Below, piece by piece: positions 1 through 9,054 of a DNA stretch of 64,000 nucleotides (position 1 is its first letter; every line of letters starts with the position of its first letter). This DNA comes from Histomonas meleagridis 2922-C6/04-290x (Eukaryota > Protista > Parabasalia). The DNA is taken from the NCBI GenBank assembly GCA_020184695.1, contig JAANOX010000188.1, forward strand, positions 1 to 64,000, in the 5' to 3' direction. Both the position numbers and the translations under genes were made by a program. The notes under the pieces are model-generated. The model made no database searches and had not been told where the DNA came from. It was given only the letters and a program-made list of their open reading frames with translations.

Positions 1-18
1 GCAGATTTATAGTAAATC

Positions 19-675
19 TATAGTATTTCTTCAAAGTCCTTGATGTCCCGGTCTGTCCGTAGACATATAACTTCATCTAAAACTTACCCGCAACACGACA
101 ATTTACGCAATTACGCAACAAAAATATTATTAACAATATAATTACAAACAACATAAGTTTTAAAAAATGTTGTGTAAAAATATATGTATTAAAAAGTATG
201 TTATTTTTGGTTATTTTTATAGTATTTCTTCAAAGTCCTGGATGTCTCGGTCTGTCCGTAGACATATAACTTCATCTAAAACTTACCCGCAACACGACAA
301 TTTACGCAATTACGCAACATAACAACAATAATATATATATATATTGCTTAATATATATTGCTAACAATTATTATAATAATAACCCTTTATAAAAGACATA
401 GACAGACAATATATATATATTATATTTTCAACAGTTATATTTTAACAATTTATATTTCAACAATTTATATGTTAACAATTTATATGTTAATAATATTATG
501 TCTGACTATGTCTTTTATAAAAGGGTATTATTAAAATAATTTGTAGCAATATATTATTATACAACATCATATGTTTGAAAATTGCGTGTTGCGTAGTTGC
601 GTGTTGCGGGTAAGTTTCAAGAGAAGTGTTCGTCCATAAGACAACCGTAGACATCAAGGACATTGAAGAAATATA
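19..675. repeat. Two ~101-bp direct repeats (19-120, 218-319) plus a diverged inverted copy (~581-675), with an inner inverted pair (~374-408 vs ~499-533); large imperfect palindrome
   Basis: tatagtatttcttcaaagtcc...cttacccgcaacacg...tacgcaaca occurs at 19 and 218. The reverse complement of 581-675 gives atatttcttcaatgtccttgatgtc...cttacccgcaacacgcaactacgcaaca. taataaccctttataaaagacatagacagaca is inverted to tgtctgactatgtcttttataaaagggtatta. Confidence 0.9.
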
Positions 676-870
676 TGTTTGAAAATTCAACTTTTAAAAA
701 CCTAATATTTATCATTATCATGTTAGATATATATGTTTGAAAATTCAACTTCTAAAAACCTAATATTTATCATTATCATGTAAGGACATATACTTCAAAA
801 TTCAACTTTTAAAAACCTAATATTTTATTATTATCATGTAAGGACATATACTCCCAAAAATTCAAACATT
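672..870. repeat. Tandem ~58-bp repeat, 3 full copies plus a partial
   Basis: aaaattcaactt(t/c)taaaaacctaatattt(t)at(c/t)attatcatg recurs at ~681, ~739, ~797 and partly at ~857. Confidence 0.85.
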
Positions 871-967
871 CAAAAATAAAATCAGCACATAGCAAAGTCT
901 TAAATAATTAATTTTTGAAATTAAACCGGTCCTTGTGACAAAGTAATTCTGCAAATGATATATCTTT

Positions 968-1558
968 TTATAACGGGCTGAAATTCCGAAGGAATGGAGG
1001 CCCCGCTGTGTGTGTGTCGGTGTGCTTCGTTGAACTTTCTTCTGCATCTAATCGAAATCTGATTTCGGAATTTCGTTCGTCATATGGGCTCAAACTTTCT
1101 CTGAATGGTTCTGGGCTGGTGTATATTGATTCTGTGTTGCTTGCGGTGTACTCTGTTGAACTTTCTTCTGCATCTGATCGAAATCTGATTTCGAAATTTC
1201 GTTCGTCTCTTGGGCTCAAACTTTCTCTGAATGGCTCTGGGCTGGTGTATATTGATTCTGTGTTGCTTGTGATGTTCTCCGTCGAACTTTCTTCTGCATC
1301 TGATTCAGGATGGCCGGACTTAAAAAATGGGTTCTTCTTGATAAATTTAGCATTATTAAGCTCTATTTTTGGTCTTGATTTTCGTGTTGTGCATAGTTTC
1401 GAGCCTAAATGTTTATCTCGGAGAGATAATCTGATATGTTCCGAGATTCTCCGAAAATCATCGGAACTTATATGGTTCTGCTCCTCTCCGGGAGCTCTAT
1501 CCAATGGTGCGCTTTTCCCCTCTCTAAGTTGCTCAGGTGAAAAAAATAAAAAATTCAT
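968..1558 (-). CDS. Hypothetical acidic Ser/Glu-rich ORF with 42-aa tandem repeats; coding status uncertain
   Basis: 196-aa ORF with SDAEESSTE..SNTESIYTSPEPFRESLSP.DERN.EIRF repeated. The only ATG coincides with the tRNA 3' end, and no family was recognised. Confidence 0.35.
   Translation of the reverse strand: MNFLFFSPEQLREGKSAPLDRAPGEEQNHISSDDFRRISEHIRLSLRDKHLGSKLCTTRKSRPKIELNNAKFIKKNPFFKSGHPESDAEESSTENITSNTESIYTSPEPFRESLSPRDERNFEIRFRSDAEESSTEYTASNTESIYTSPEPFRESLSPYDERNSEIRFRLDAEESSTKHTDTHTAGPPFLRNFSPL
1029..1305. repeat. 126-bp tandem repeat, ~2.2 copies
   Basis: gt(t/c)gaactttcttctgcatct starts at 1029, 1155 and 1281. Confidence 0.95.
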
Positions 1559-1639
1559 CCGCGCTGCTGGAATCGAACCGGCGACCCTTTGATGACTACT
1601 TTTCTACAGTCAAATGCTCTACCACTGAGCTAAGAGCGG
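1558..1639 (-). tRNA. tRNA-Tyr(GTA) with a 10-nt intron (1594-1603) between positions 37/38
   Basis: Minus strand reads CCGCTCT TA GCTC AGTGGTA GAGC A TTTGA CTGTAG [aaaagtagtc] A TCAAA GGGTC GCCGG TTCGATT CCAGC AGCGCGG A. It has the C1:G72 eukaryotic Tyr identity pair, A and B boxes and a T-rich terminator downstream. Two stem mismatches: U5:C68 and C51:A63. Confidence 0.92.
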
Positions 1640-2015
1640 CGCTGTTCATTTTCAAGGTATAAATTAGTTAATATGATTTTTCCGTGAGGACATTTTATTT
1701 ATTTTATATATCGTTTTTGTGCAGATTCAGCAAACATAAAAATCATTTTAATGCCAAACATAGTCAACGCTATTGATTTTTATAAGAATTGAAAAAAAAT
1801 TATTCATAAATATGCAAAAATAAAGGATAAAATTTTGACATTGGATATTTTTATAATTGCTTTTTAAAATAATCAGATTTTGTTCAAGCATAACCCTAAG
1901 AAATTATCCTCTGTTCAGATGGACACTTGGAATTGAAGAACAAAGACAACGTCACTTTTTCGGGTGAACTTCACAAAAAGCTTTTTAGGTTTTGAAAGAA
2001 ATTTTGAATCGAAAA

Positions 2016-2648
2016 ATGGCAAACGCACAAATGACTTACGTTAACAGCCAAATGCTATTTCAAGTCAATCAAGAACTCCTCAGCCTGAGCTCATTTACCC
2101 CAAGGGTTCATGGGAAAGTGGAGTGCTTCTCATTTAAGAAAAATCAAAATAATTTCTATAAACAAATGTTCGGAGAACAATTTAGTGGAAGTCCTAATCT
2201 TTCTTACTTCGAAGGTGGCTCTCTCACTGCCACGCAGGTTCATTTTTCGATTATATTAGCTTCTTTTTCTTCTGCATTTCCTGATTTAGATTTTTCGACC
2301 GTTTGTCCATGGAACTTTAAACTTGTCCCTTCAGCAGAAAAAGCGCAGTGTGACATTAATTGGGCTTTTCAAACAGAACTATCGAATTGTGAAAATTTTG
2401 TGGGACATCTTTGGATGGCTCTTGAAAAAGAAATTTCGCCAGCAAACTGCTACATATACTCGTACGAACCTGACCGTCCGGACGCTTTCTCTGAGAGTGG
2501 TGTATCATTCAATATGACATATTTCTTTTTAAACGAAAAACTTGGACGTGTTGTATTGATCCACCTCCGGGAGGGTGCAAATGAGTTTAGTTCTGGTTCT
2601 GACGATGAGCAAGATTTTGATGAAATTTATGGATACGATGTTTTCTAA
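2016..2648 (+). CDS. MAF1: Maf1-like repressor of RNA polymerase III
   Basis: Maf1 motifs FPDLDFS, LWMALEKEI..NCYIYSYEPD, FSESG..FNMTYFFLNEKLGRVV, plus an acidic tail. ATG at 2016. Confidence 0.85.
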   Translation: MANAQMTYVNSQMLFQVNQELLSLSSFTPRVHGKVECFSFKKNQNNFYKQMFGEQFSGSPNLSYFEGGSLTATQVHFSIILASFSSAFPDLDFSTVCPWNFKLVPSAEKAQCDINWAFQTELSNCENFVGHLWMALEKEISPANCYIYSYEPDRPDAFSESGVSFNMTYFFLNEKLGRVVLIHLREGANEFSSGSDDEQDFDEIYGYDVF

Positions 2649-3399
2649 AATTTTCTTTCATCCTTTGTTTTGTGTCCCTCTTCGTGGCGTGTTGAGAATG
2701 AGTAATCAATAAAGGAATCTCTTTTTATTATGTTGAGAGAACTTTGATTCATTATAACTTCTTTGTTATGGTCAATGCTCTTTTTGTGGCACGTGTTTAT
2801 TTTCTCCTATGATCATTCAATATTTGTGTTTGGAACATTGGCCACATTGGTCTTGGTAAATAACGGTCGTCAAATGATACAAATGGAAAATAAAAAACTT
2901 GAAAATTGTTTGTTTTAAAACAGTTAAAATGTTAACATTTTAATAATTAATTTTTTGGTATAACTATTTACTTTGCTCGAAGGAGATAAAGAAATTTAGG
3001 TTGATCTATAAAATTTAATGTTCATCTTATCGAATTCCAATACCATTATTTTATTTTTTTCTCTGAGTAAAATATTTTCAATTGTTGTATTGACATGAAT
3101 TTATTGATTTTGTTATGATAAATCATATGTGTTTATGGTGTTTTTAAGAAAGGTGAAAAAAGCTTTGTGAGACCTAATGAACTTTTTGAATGATTTTGGC
3201 AGAAGATTTTAATTCAATGCAATTTCAAACATAAATAAACTGTCCAAAACTTTGTTTGTCCAACCGAACAAACAAAATTAAATGATAAAATTTTAAATCA
3301 ATTGAATATCTGGCCGCTTGACATTCATTATTGAAATAACCAAAATTTTGGCATTCAATTTCGTAACGGAAAATAATTGAGTTTTTTAACTTCATTATT

Positions 3400-4119
3400 A
3401 TGTTTGCAGAATATCAAAACATTGAAGAAGAGAAACAAGGAGAGATTAACATCACCATAACTAAAGATGATGATTATGATTTATTACTACCTTTACTTAA
3501 AGAAGGAGATTACATTTCAAGTAAAATTCGATGGAAACAATATGATCCAAAGAAACCTAAAATTAAAAAATTTATTTTTGTTGAAATCACAATAAAAGTA
3601 ACAAAAATAACATATAATTCTGATCCTGGTATGAAATCATTTTGTGTTGATGGAATTGTCAAATCATCAGAATTTCCAAACCAAGTTAAAATCGGAAGTA
3701 AACAAACTATATTTATTACAGATGGATTAAATTTCGATTTAAAGAAGACAAAATGGACAAAAGAACAAATCGAACATCTCCAAAATACAATTAAGGGAAA
3801 CCTTCCAGAAAATGAAATTTGTACCAATAAACAACAAAAAGAAAATGCAGAAGAAGAATATCATAAAACTTCAAATAAGAATATTGATATGATTTGTTAT
3901 GGACTTAAACAAGCACTTGAAGCTGCTGATAATGGAACACTTTCCAAATTACTTATCACAGAAGAATCGCTTAAAAAACAAACTACAGAAAGGAAAAAGG
4001 ATTTAAATGGAAAATATAGAGGTGCAAATATCATTGTATTTCAAAAAGATGATAAGTTTTGGGCAGAACTAACTAGTATTGGAGGTGCTGTAGGAATTTA
4101 TAGATTTCAAGTTGAGTAG
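3400..4119 (+). CDS. Pelota/Dom34-like protein with N and C domains only (middle domain absent)
   Basis: N domain: GEINITITKDDDY..LLKEGDYI, KIGSKQTI, FDLKKTKW. C domain: CYGLKQALEAADNGTLSKLLITEE, ELTSIGGAVGIYRF. Only ~20 aa separate them. TAACGG at 3364 and TCATT Inr at 3392 lie upstream. Confidence 0.75.
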   Translation: MFAEYQNIEEEKQGEINITITKDDDYDLLLPLLKEGDYISSKIRWKQYDPKKPKIKKFIFVEITIKVTKITYNSDPGMKSFCVDGIVKSSEFPNQVKIGSKQTIFITDGLNFDLKKTKWTKEQIEHLQNTIKGNLPENEICTNKQQKENAEEEYHKTSNKNIDMICYGLKQALEAADNGTLSKLLITEESLKKQTTERKKDLNGKYRGANIIVFQKDDKFWAELTSIGGAVGIYRFQVE

Positions 4120-4714
4120 TACAAAATTTCTAAGAAAAATTTATTGTGATTAAAAGGAACGTGGAAAAATTATTTTTTTTTTATTGTTGTGAATTAATAT
4201 CGAATGTAATAGAGAATATACTTATTGAAAGAATGCTTTATGTTTTATAATTTTATCTTCATTTTTAAAAGTAACAACATATTTAATAATAAATTATTAA
4301 TCAAATAAATAATTATTTCTATTTCTTCTATTTTTTGAATTACTTAGAAAATTTTAAATATGATTCTGTGTATTCAATGAATAATACAATATATCAAATT
4401 ACTTATGGTAAGACAAAATAATTATGGAAAATTTGAATCACATAACTTACAATTAGATTCATTGATTCAGTAAGGTTTTCTTCAGTTACACATCAAAATG
4501 CATTTTGTAAATCCTTAATATTAAATCCATTACTTTTAAAGTTTATGTTTTTTCTCATTAAATCACTGTTTTTAGCATCACGGTTCTGTGCATTATTTAA
4601 CATCAAATACAAAAAACTCTTTTGTTGTTATGTGGGCAAAAAGGGAATTTTCATTTTTTGGTCGAAACTATTAACAGTTTGCTTATTATACAATACTTTA
4701 AAATTTATGGGTGT

Positions 4715-6774
4715 TTAGTGACAAATCTCATTATCTTTTCTTTTTTGTTCAAGAATTAATTTAACTATTTCAGTATGACCACATTCAGATGCTAACATAA
4801 GTGCTGTAGTAAATAATTTAAATAATTTTCAAATATTACTTTAAAATATTATATTATTATAATAAATTATAACAAAACCAAATAAATATCCTTAGCATTA
4901 ATATCAATTCCTTCTTGTCCAAGAAGTAATTTTACTATTTCTGTGTGACCAAATGCAGATGCATACATAAATGCTGTAGTAAATAATTTGAATAATTTTC
5001 AAATATTATTTCAAAATATCAAATTATTGAAATAAATTTTAAATAAACCAAATAAATATCTTTATCATTAATATCAATTCCTTCTTGTCCAAGAAGTAAT
5101 TTTACTATTTCTGTGTGACCAAATGCAGATGCATACATAAATGCTGTAGTAAATAATTTAAATAATTTCCAAATATTATTTCAAAATATCAAATTATTGA
5201 AATAAATTTTAAATAAGCCAAATAAATATCTTTATCATTAATATCAATTCCTTTTTGTTCAAAAAGTAATTTAACTATTTCTTTATGCCCTAATCCAGAT
5301 GCATTCATTAATGGTGTTTTAAATAATTTAAATAATTTCCAAACATCATTTTGAAATATCAAATTATTGAAATAAATTTTAAATAAAGCAAATAAATATC
5401 TTTAGCATTAATATCAATTCCTTTTTGTTCAAGAAGTAATTTAAATATCTCTGTGTAACCTTTTTCAGATGCTTCAATAAGTGCTGTTTTAAATAATTTA
5501 AATAATTTCCATATATCATTTTAAAATATCAAATTATTGAAATAAATTTTAATTAAAGCAAACAAATATCTTTAGCATTAATATCAATTCCTTCTTGTTT
5601 TAAAACGTATTTAACAAGTTCAATATTTCCTGATTCTGCTGAAAATACCAATAAATTGTGTGGAATTGAATGCTCTTTAAGAAAACATTCAACTAAAAAA
5701 ATATTTCCAATAATTGCTGTTTCATTAATAATATCATCATTAATTTTCATTTCTTCTTTAAGTAAAAATGAAAATATTTCATAATTATGATATAAGACAC
5801 ATTTCTTTCCTAATTCTTCTAAATTATTAATTTCTTTTAATTTATTTTCATAAAGATATTTAAAGATATCATTTCGATGAAATTCTATTGCTGCTTCATA
5901 TGCATTTTTAAATGATGAATGGTTTTGTTCACATAAATGAATGATTTCAAGATTTCCACCTGCAATTGCATATTTACCTGAATTATCTATTTTAGAACCA
6001 TTCATAAGTAAATATTTAAAACATTTAGCAGCAGAAAAAAATGCTGCATAATCAATTAATGAGACATTTTCTTGATTAATGAATGAACATCTTTCATAAA
6101 GTGATGGTTCAATAGTTTGATTAAAATTAAAATCATCTTGTGATGACATTTCTTGAAGCTTTGCTATTTCATCGTTTCGAATTATTTTTGCAATTTTATT
6201 TGGATTAATTCCTTCTCTAATTAATCTCTTATGAACTTCCCAATCATTCTTTGAAAGTTCTTCATAATTAACAAGGATTTGTTTACTATGTGAAAAACTT
6301 TTAATTTTTTCATACGATAGATGAAGACAGTGTACAAAATATAAATTCGTTTCGTTTTGGATGACTTTTGATTGAATAAAGTTATGTTCAATCAATGAAT
6401 TAAGAATATAATTTGATTCTTCAGTGCGCTTATTAAGAAGAAAAATTGCAAATTCTTTAAAAATTTTGGTTTTGATATTCTTTTTCTCTTGTATGATTTT
6501 AATTTCATTCATAAAATTTAAATATATATAAATCAAAGTTAAATATTTTAGTATCTGATATGACAAAAGCAGTGTAAATTATTTGAGAAATAATGAAATT
6601 TAAAGATAATGAATGATTATGCTTAAATATTTTATATATTGTTTTTGCTGATAAAATTAGACTTTCTTCATTTAAATCAAAAATGATTTGCTTAATTGAT
6701 AAGAATGTATCCCATTCATTTTGACTTGTTTTACTTTCTTGCACAACCAAAAATGCAAAAGTGACATTAACCAC
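4715..6774 (-). CDS. DUF3447-type ankyrin repeat protein (locus 1); one frameshift at a (TA)n tract near 6525, and five 77-nt spacers interrupting the C-terminal repeats
   Basis: ORFs 6505-6774 and 5553-6566 (LIDYAAFFSAAKCFKYLLMN, YAIAGGNLEIIHLCEQ, AAIEFHRNDI). 93-nt blocks then encode xTA/P(L/F)xxAS..GH.EIVKLLLEQ.GIDIN.KD, with a final TAA at 4715-4717. Confidence 0.7.
4720..5600 (-). repeat. 170-bp tandem repeat = 93-nt ankyrin-coding block + 77-nt spacer
   Basis: atatcaattcct recurs at 4901, 5071, 5241, 5411 and 5581. Spacers lie at 4811-4887, 4981-5057, 5151-5227, 5321-5397 and 5491-5567. Confidence 0.95.
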
Positions 6775-7020
6775 ATTTTTTATTTAACAATTTATCAAAA
6801 ATAAAAAATTTATGAATATGCTTTTTTTCTAGTAAACAATATCTTTAATTTTTAATTAGGAAATTTCTTTGCTTTAATTGAATTTTCCGATAATAATTAT
6901 ATATTAAGGTTGTTAGAGCTGATTAATGCAAAGTGTTTGTACAATAGGTTAAAAGTGACATTAAGTGCTTTTTTCGCCGCCGTTTTTCCGTAACGTTCAC
7001 CAAAATTCTACTGCAGTCAC

Positions 7021-7980
7021 ATGGAAGAGGAAGAAGAAGAAAAAAACGAAATTAACATCACCTATTCCGGTGTTTATGGGCCATTTTTATACAGTGATGT
7101 TATTCCAAATGAATTAGCACAAATAATGGCAGGTCATATCTTTCGTTTTTTTATTCCTTCCAAAAATCAATTAAGTCCTACAAATAATTCACCAAATCCA
7201 ACTTATGGCACAGACATTTATCCATCCAATTCATCATTCCACATCATTCTTTTTCATCAAGGTGTTATATTTTTCAAAAAAGCAAATTCGATTATGGGTG
7301 CAAGAGTTGCCAATGTTTTTGATGATGATCTCAATGTCATTAACAGCGAAAGGAAAGAAATAAAAATTGATGATGCTGTTGGGTTTGAAATTGTTTTTAT
7401 CATGACAGATAAAATGACAAACTTCATAGGATCCGAACAATTTGGGATTAAAACAAAAACGTCTACAAAGAAGCCCATGAATGGTATTGCTGTTTTGTTT
7501 GCGCAACCTCTTTTTCAAGAAGTTCCAAATTTCCCAATGAATCAAATATATGGAATTGATTTTAACGATGACGATGAAACAAATGATGGCTGTCATTGGT
7601 TAAGATTTGGTCTTAGTGGAGAAGCTACATATTCATATAATGTCATGGATTTCATTGATGATGGACTTCCTATGAATGAATGGCTTTTTTACAAGCTCAA
7701 GAAGATGTCTGTTTATTTTGACACAGATACCACTCGTTACGAGCTTGCTATGAACACAAATCTAACAATTAAATTTTCAAGATTAAAACCTCCATACTCG
7801 TCAATAAAGCTTATGGAAGCGGAAACGTCACCTACGAAAGACGCAAAGAAGGAAATCTTGAAGAATAATGTAACGTTTGATCAAATTTGTTGGAATGAAC
7901 ACGGAATCAAAATCGAAGGCGAACAATTTGGCGAATTTATGAACTATTTCTGGTGCAGAAGGAAGAGGCTAATAGATTAG
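7021..7980 (+). CDS. Rxt3-like protein (histone deacetylase complex component family)
   Basis: YGTDIYPSNS resembles the Rxt3 GtdiYtddS motif. The C-terminal FGLSGEATYSY..D.GL...VYFDTDTTRYEL and ILKNNVTFDQICWNEHGIKIEG resemble plant/amoebozoan RXT3-like C-termini. Confidence 0.55.
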   Translation: MEEEEEEKNEINITYSGVYGPFLYSDVIPNELAQIMAGHIFRFFIPSKNQLSPTNNSPNPTYGTDIYPSNSSFHIILFHQGVIFFKKANSIMGARVANVFDDDLNVINSERKEIKIDDAVGFEIVFIMTDKMTNFIGSEQFGIKTKTSTKKPMNGIAVLFAQPLFQEVPNFPMNQIYGIDFNDDDETNDGCHWLRFGLSGEATYSYNVMDFIDDGLPMNEWLFYKLKKMSVYFDTDTTRYELAMNTNLTIKFSRLKPPYSSIKLMEAETSPTKDAKKEILKNNVTFDQICWNEHGIKIEGEQFGEFMNYFWCRRKRLID

Positions 7981-8074
7981 TAATGTAAATAAATATCATA
8001 ATTATAATTCACACTTGTTCATGCTCGAACTATATCTACCAATATATTCATTCATATTAAAACAGCTATTATAC

Positions 8075-8500
8075 AGCATTACTAATCATAGTGTATTCCA
8101 TTATATCCTACTAATTAATGTTGAAAAGATATTTGTTTATAGTTAAATTACTTGAAGAACAAAATGATATCGACCTTAATCTTGAAGAAACTTATTTTAA
8201 TGATTTGTCATTTATTTTATATAATTTATTTTAATGACTTGAAATGTATTTTAATAATTTATGATTTATTTAATTGTTTTTCTATTTATTTTGATAATAT
8301 AGAAATAGTAAAATTACTTTTAGATAAAGGAATTGATGTTAAAAAAATTTAATTTAATAATTTGTACAATATGTTTGTACAATATTTGACCAAAATTCAA
8401 ATTGCGCACCAAAGCGGTAATAAAGAAATTGTATATTTACTTCGTGAAAAAAGTACAAACGAAAATTTTGATTGTCTTCTTCAAGAACATCTTCATTTTA
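8075..8500 (+). pseudogene. Degenerate ankyrin repeat remnants
   Basis: Fragments KTAI, VKLLEEQNDIDLN, DNIEIVKLLLDKGIDV and AHQSGNKEIVYLLREK, separated by AT-rich, stop-rich DNA. Confidence 0.55.
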
Positions 8501-9054
8501 AATAAGAAATGGTAATGAAGCATATATTGCTAATAATCAAAATCATTTCGAAGGTCAAATGTTCGCAGAAAGCAATCGAAAAAAAAGTATCAAAACAAAA
8601 GTTAATATAAACATACAAACATATGAAAATCATCAAAATTACAACAAACATAATTTAGAAAGATTTCACAAAATAAATAAGAAAAAAATATTTTATTAAA
8701 ATTTCGTTTTTTCATAAAACAGAAACATTATTTTGTTTCTTTTCTATAATACATTCTGTAAGCATATCTTCTAAATATAGGATCCATTAACAAAATTCAT
8801 TTAATTTTTATAATTGCACCAAGTTGGATGTTGTTAAAGATTCTAATCCCTACAGCGACAGATTCTTCAAAAAAGCATTGTGAGTTATATACATATATTA
8901 TTTAACTGTGATATGATATTATTTGACATTCATTCATTAAACCTGCTTAAGTAGATGACATTCTTATCAATTCAGAAGATTTTCACGGAGTTTTAATAAA
9001 AAAATCCATTAAAAAAATTATATTAATATTAATTTATTACCCACTTTTACATAT

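Noticed and set aside
1-1560. Maverick/Polinton or virus call for the repeat block
   Set aside because: No polymerase, integrase, ATPase or capsid ORF is present in the window; kept only as an unclassified repeat structure.
5151-5227. T4 gene 60-style ribosomal hop (ATT-TGA take-off to an ATT landing site 20 nt later)
   Set aside because: It works in this copy, but other copies stop earlier or lack a matching landing codon.
4811-5567. Canonical GT-AG or U12-type AT-AC splicing of the ankyrin spacers
   Set aside because: No shared GT-AG pair exists. AT...AC boundaries leave the frame shifted, and AT...ACAG would delete the conserved Thr and hairpin. The 5' ends do not match the U12 consensus ATATCCTT.
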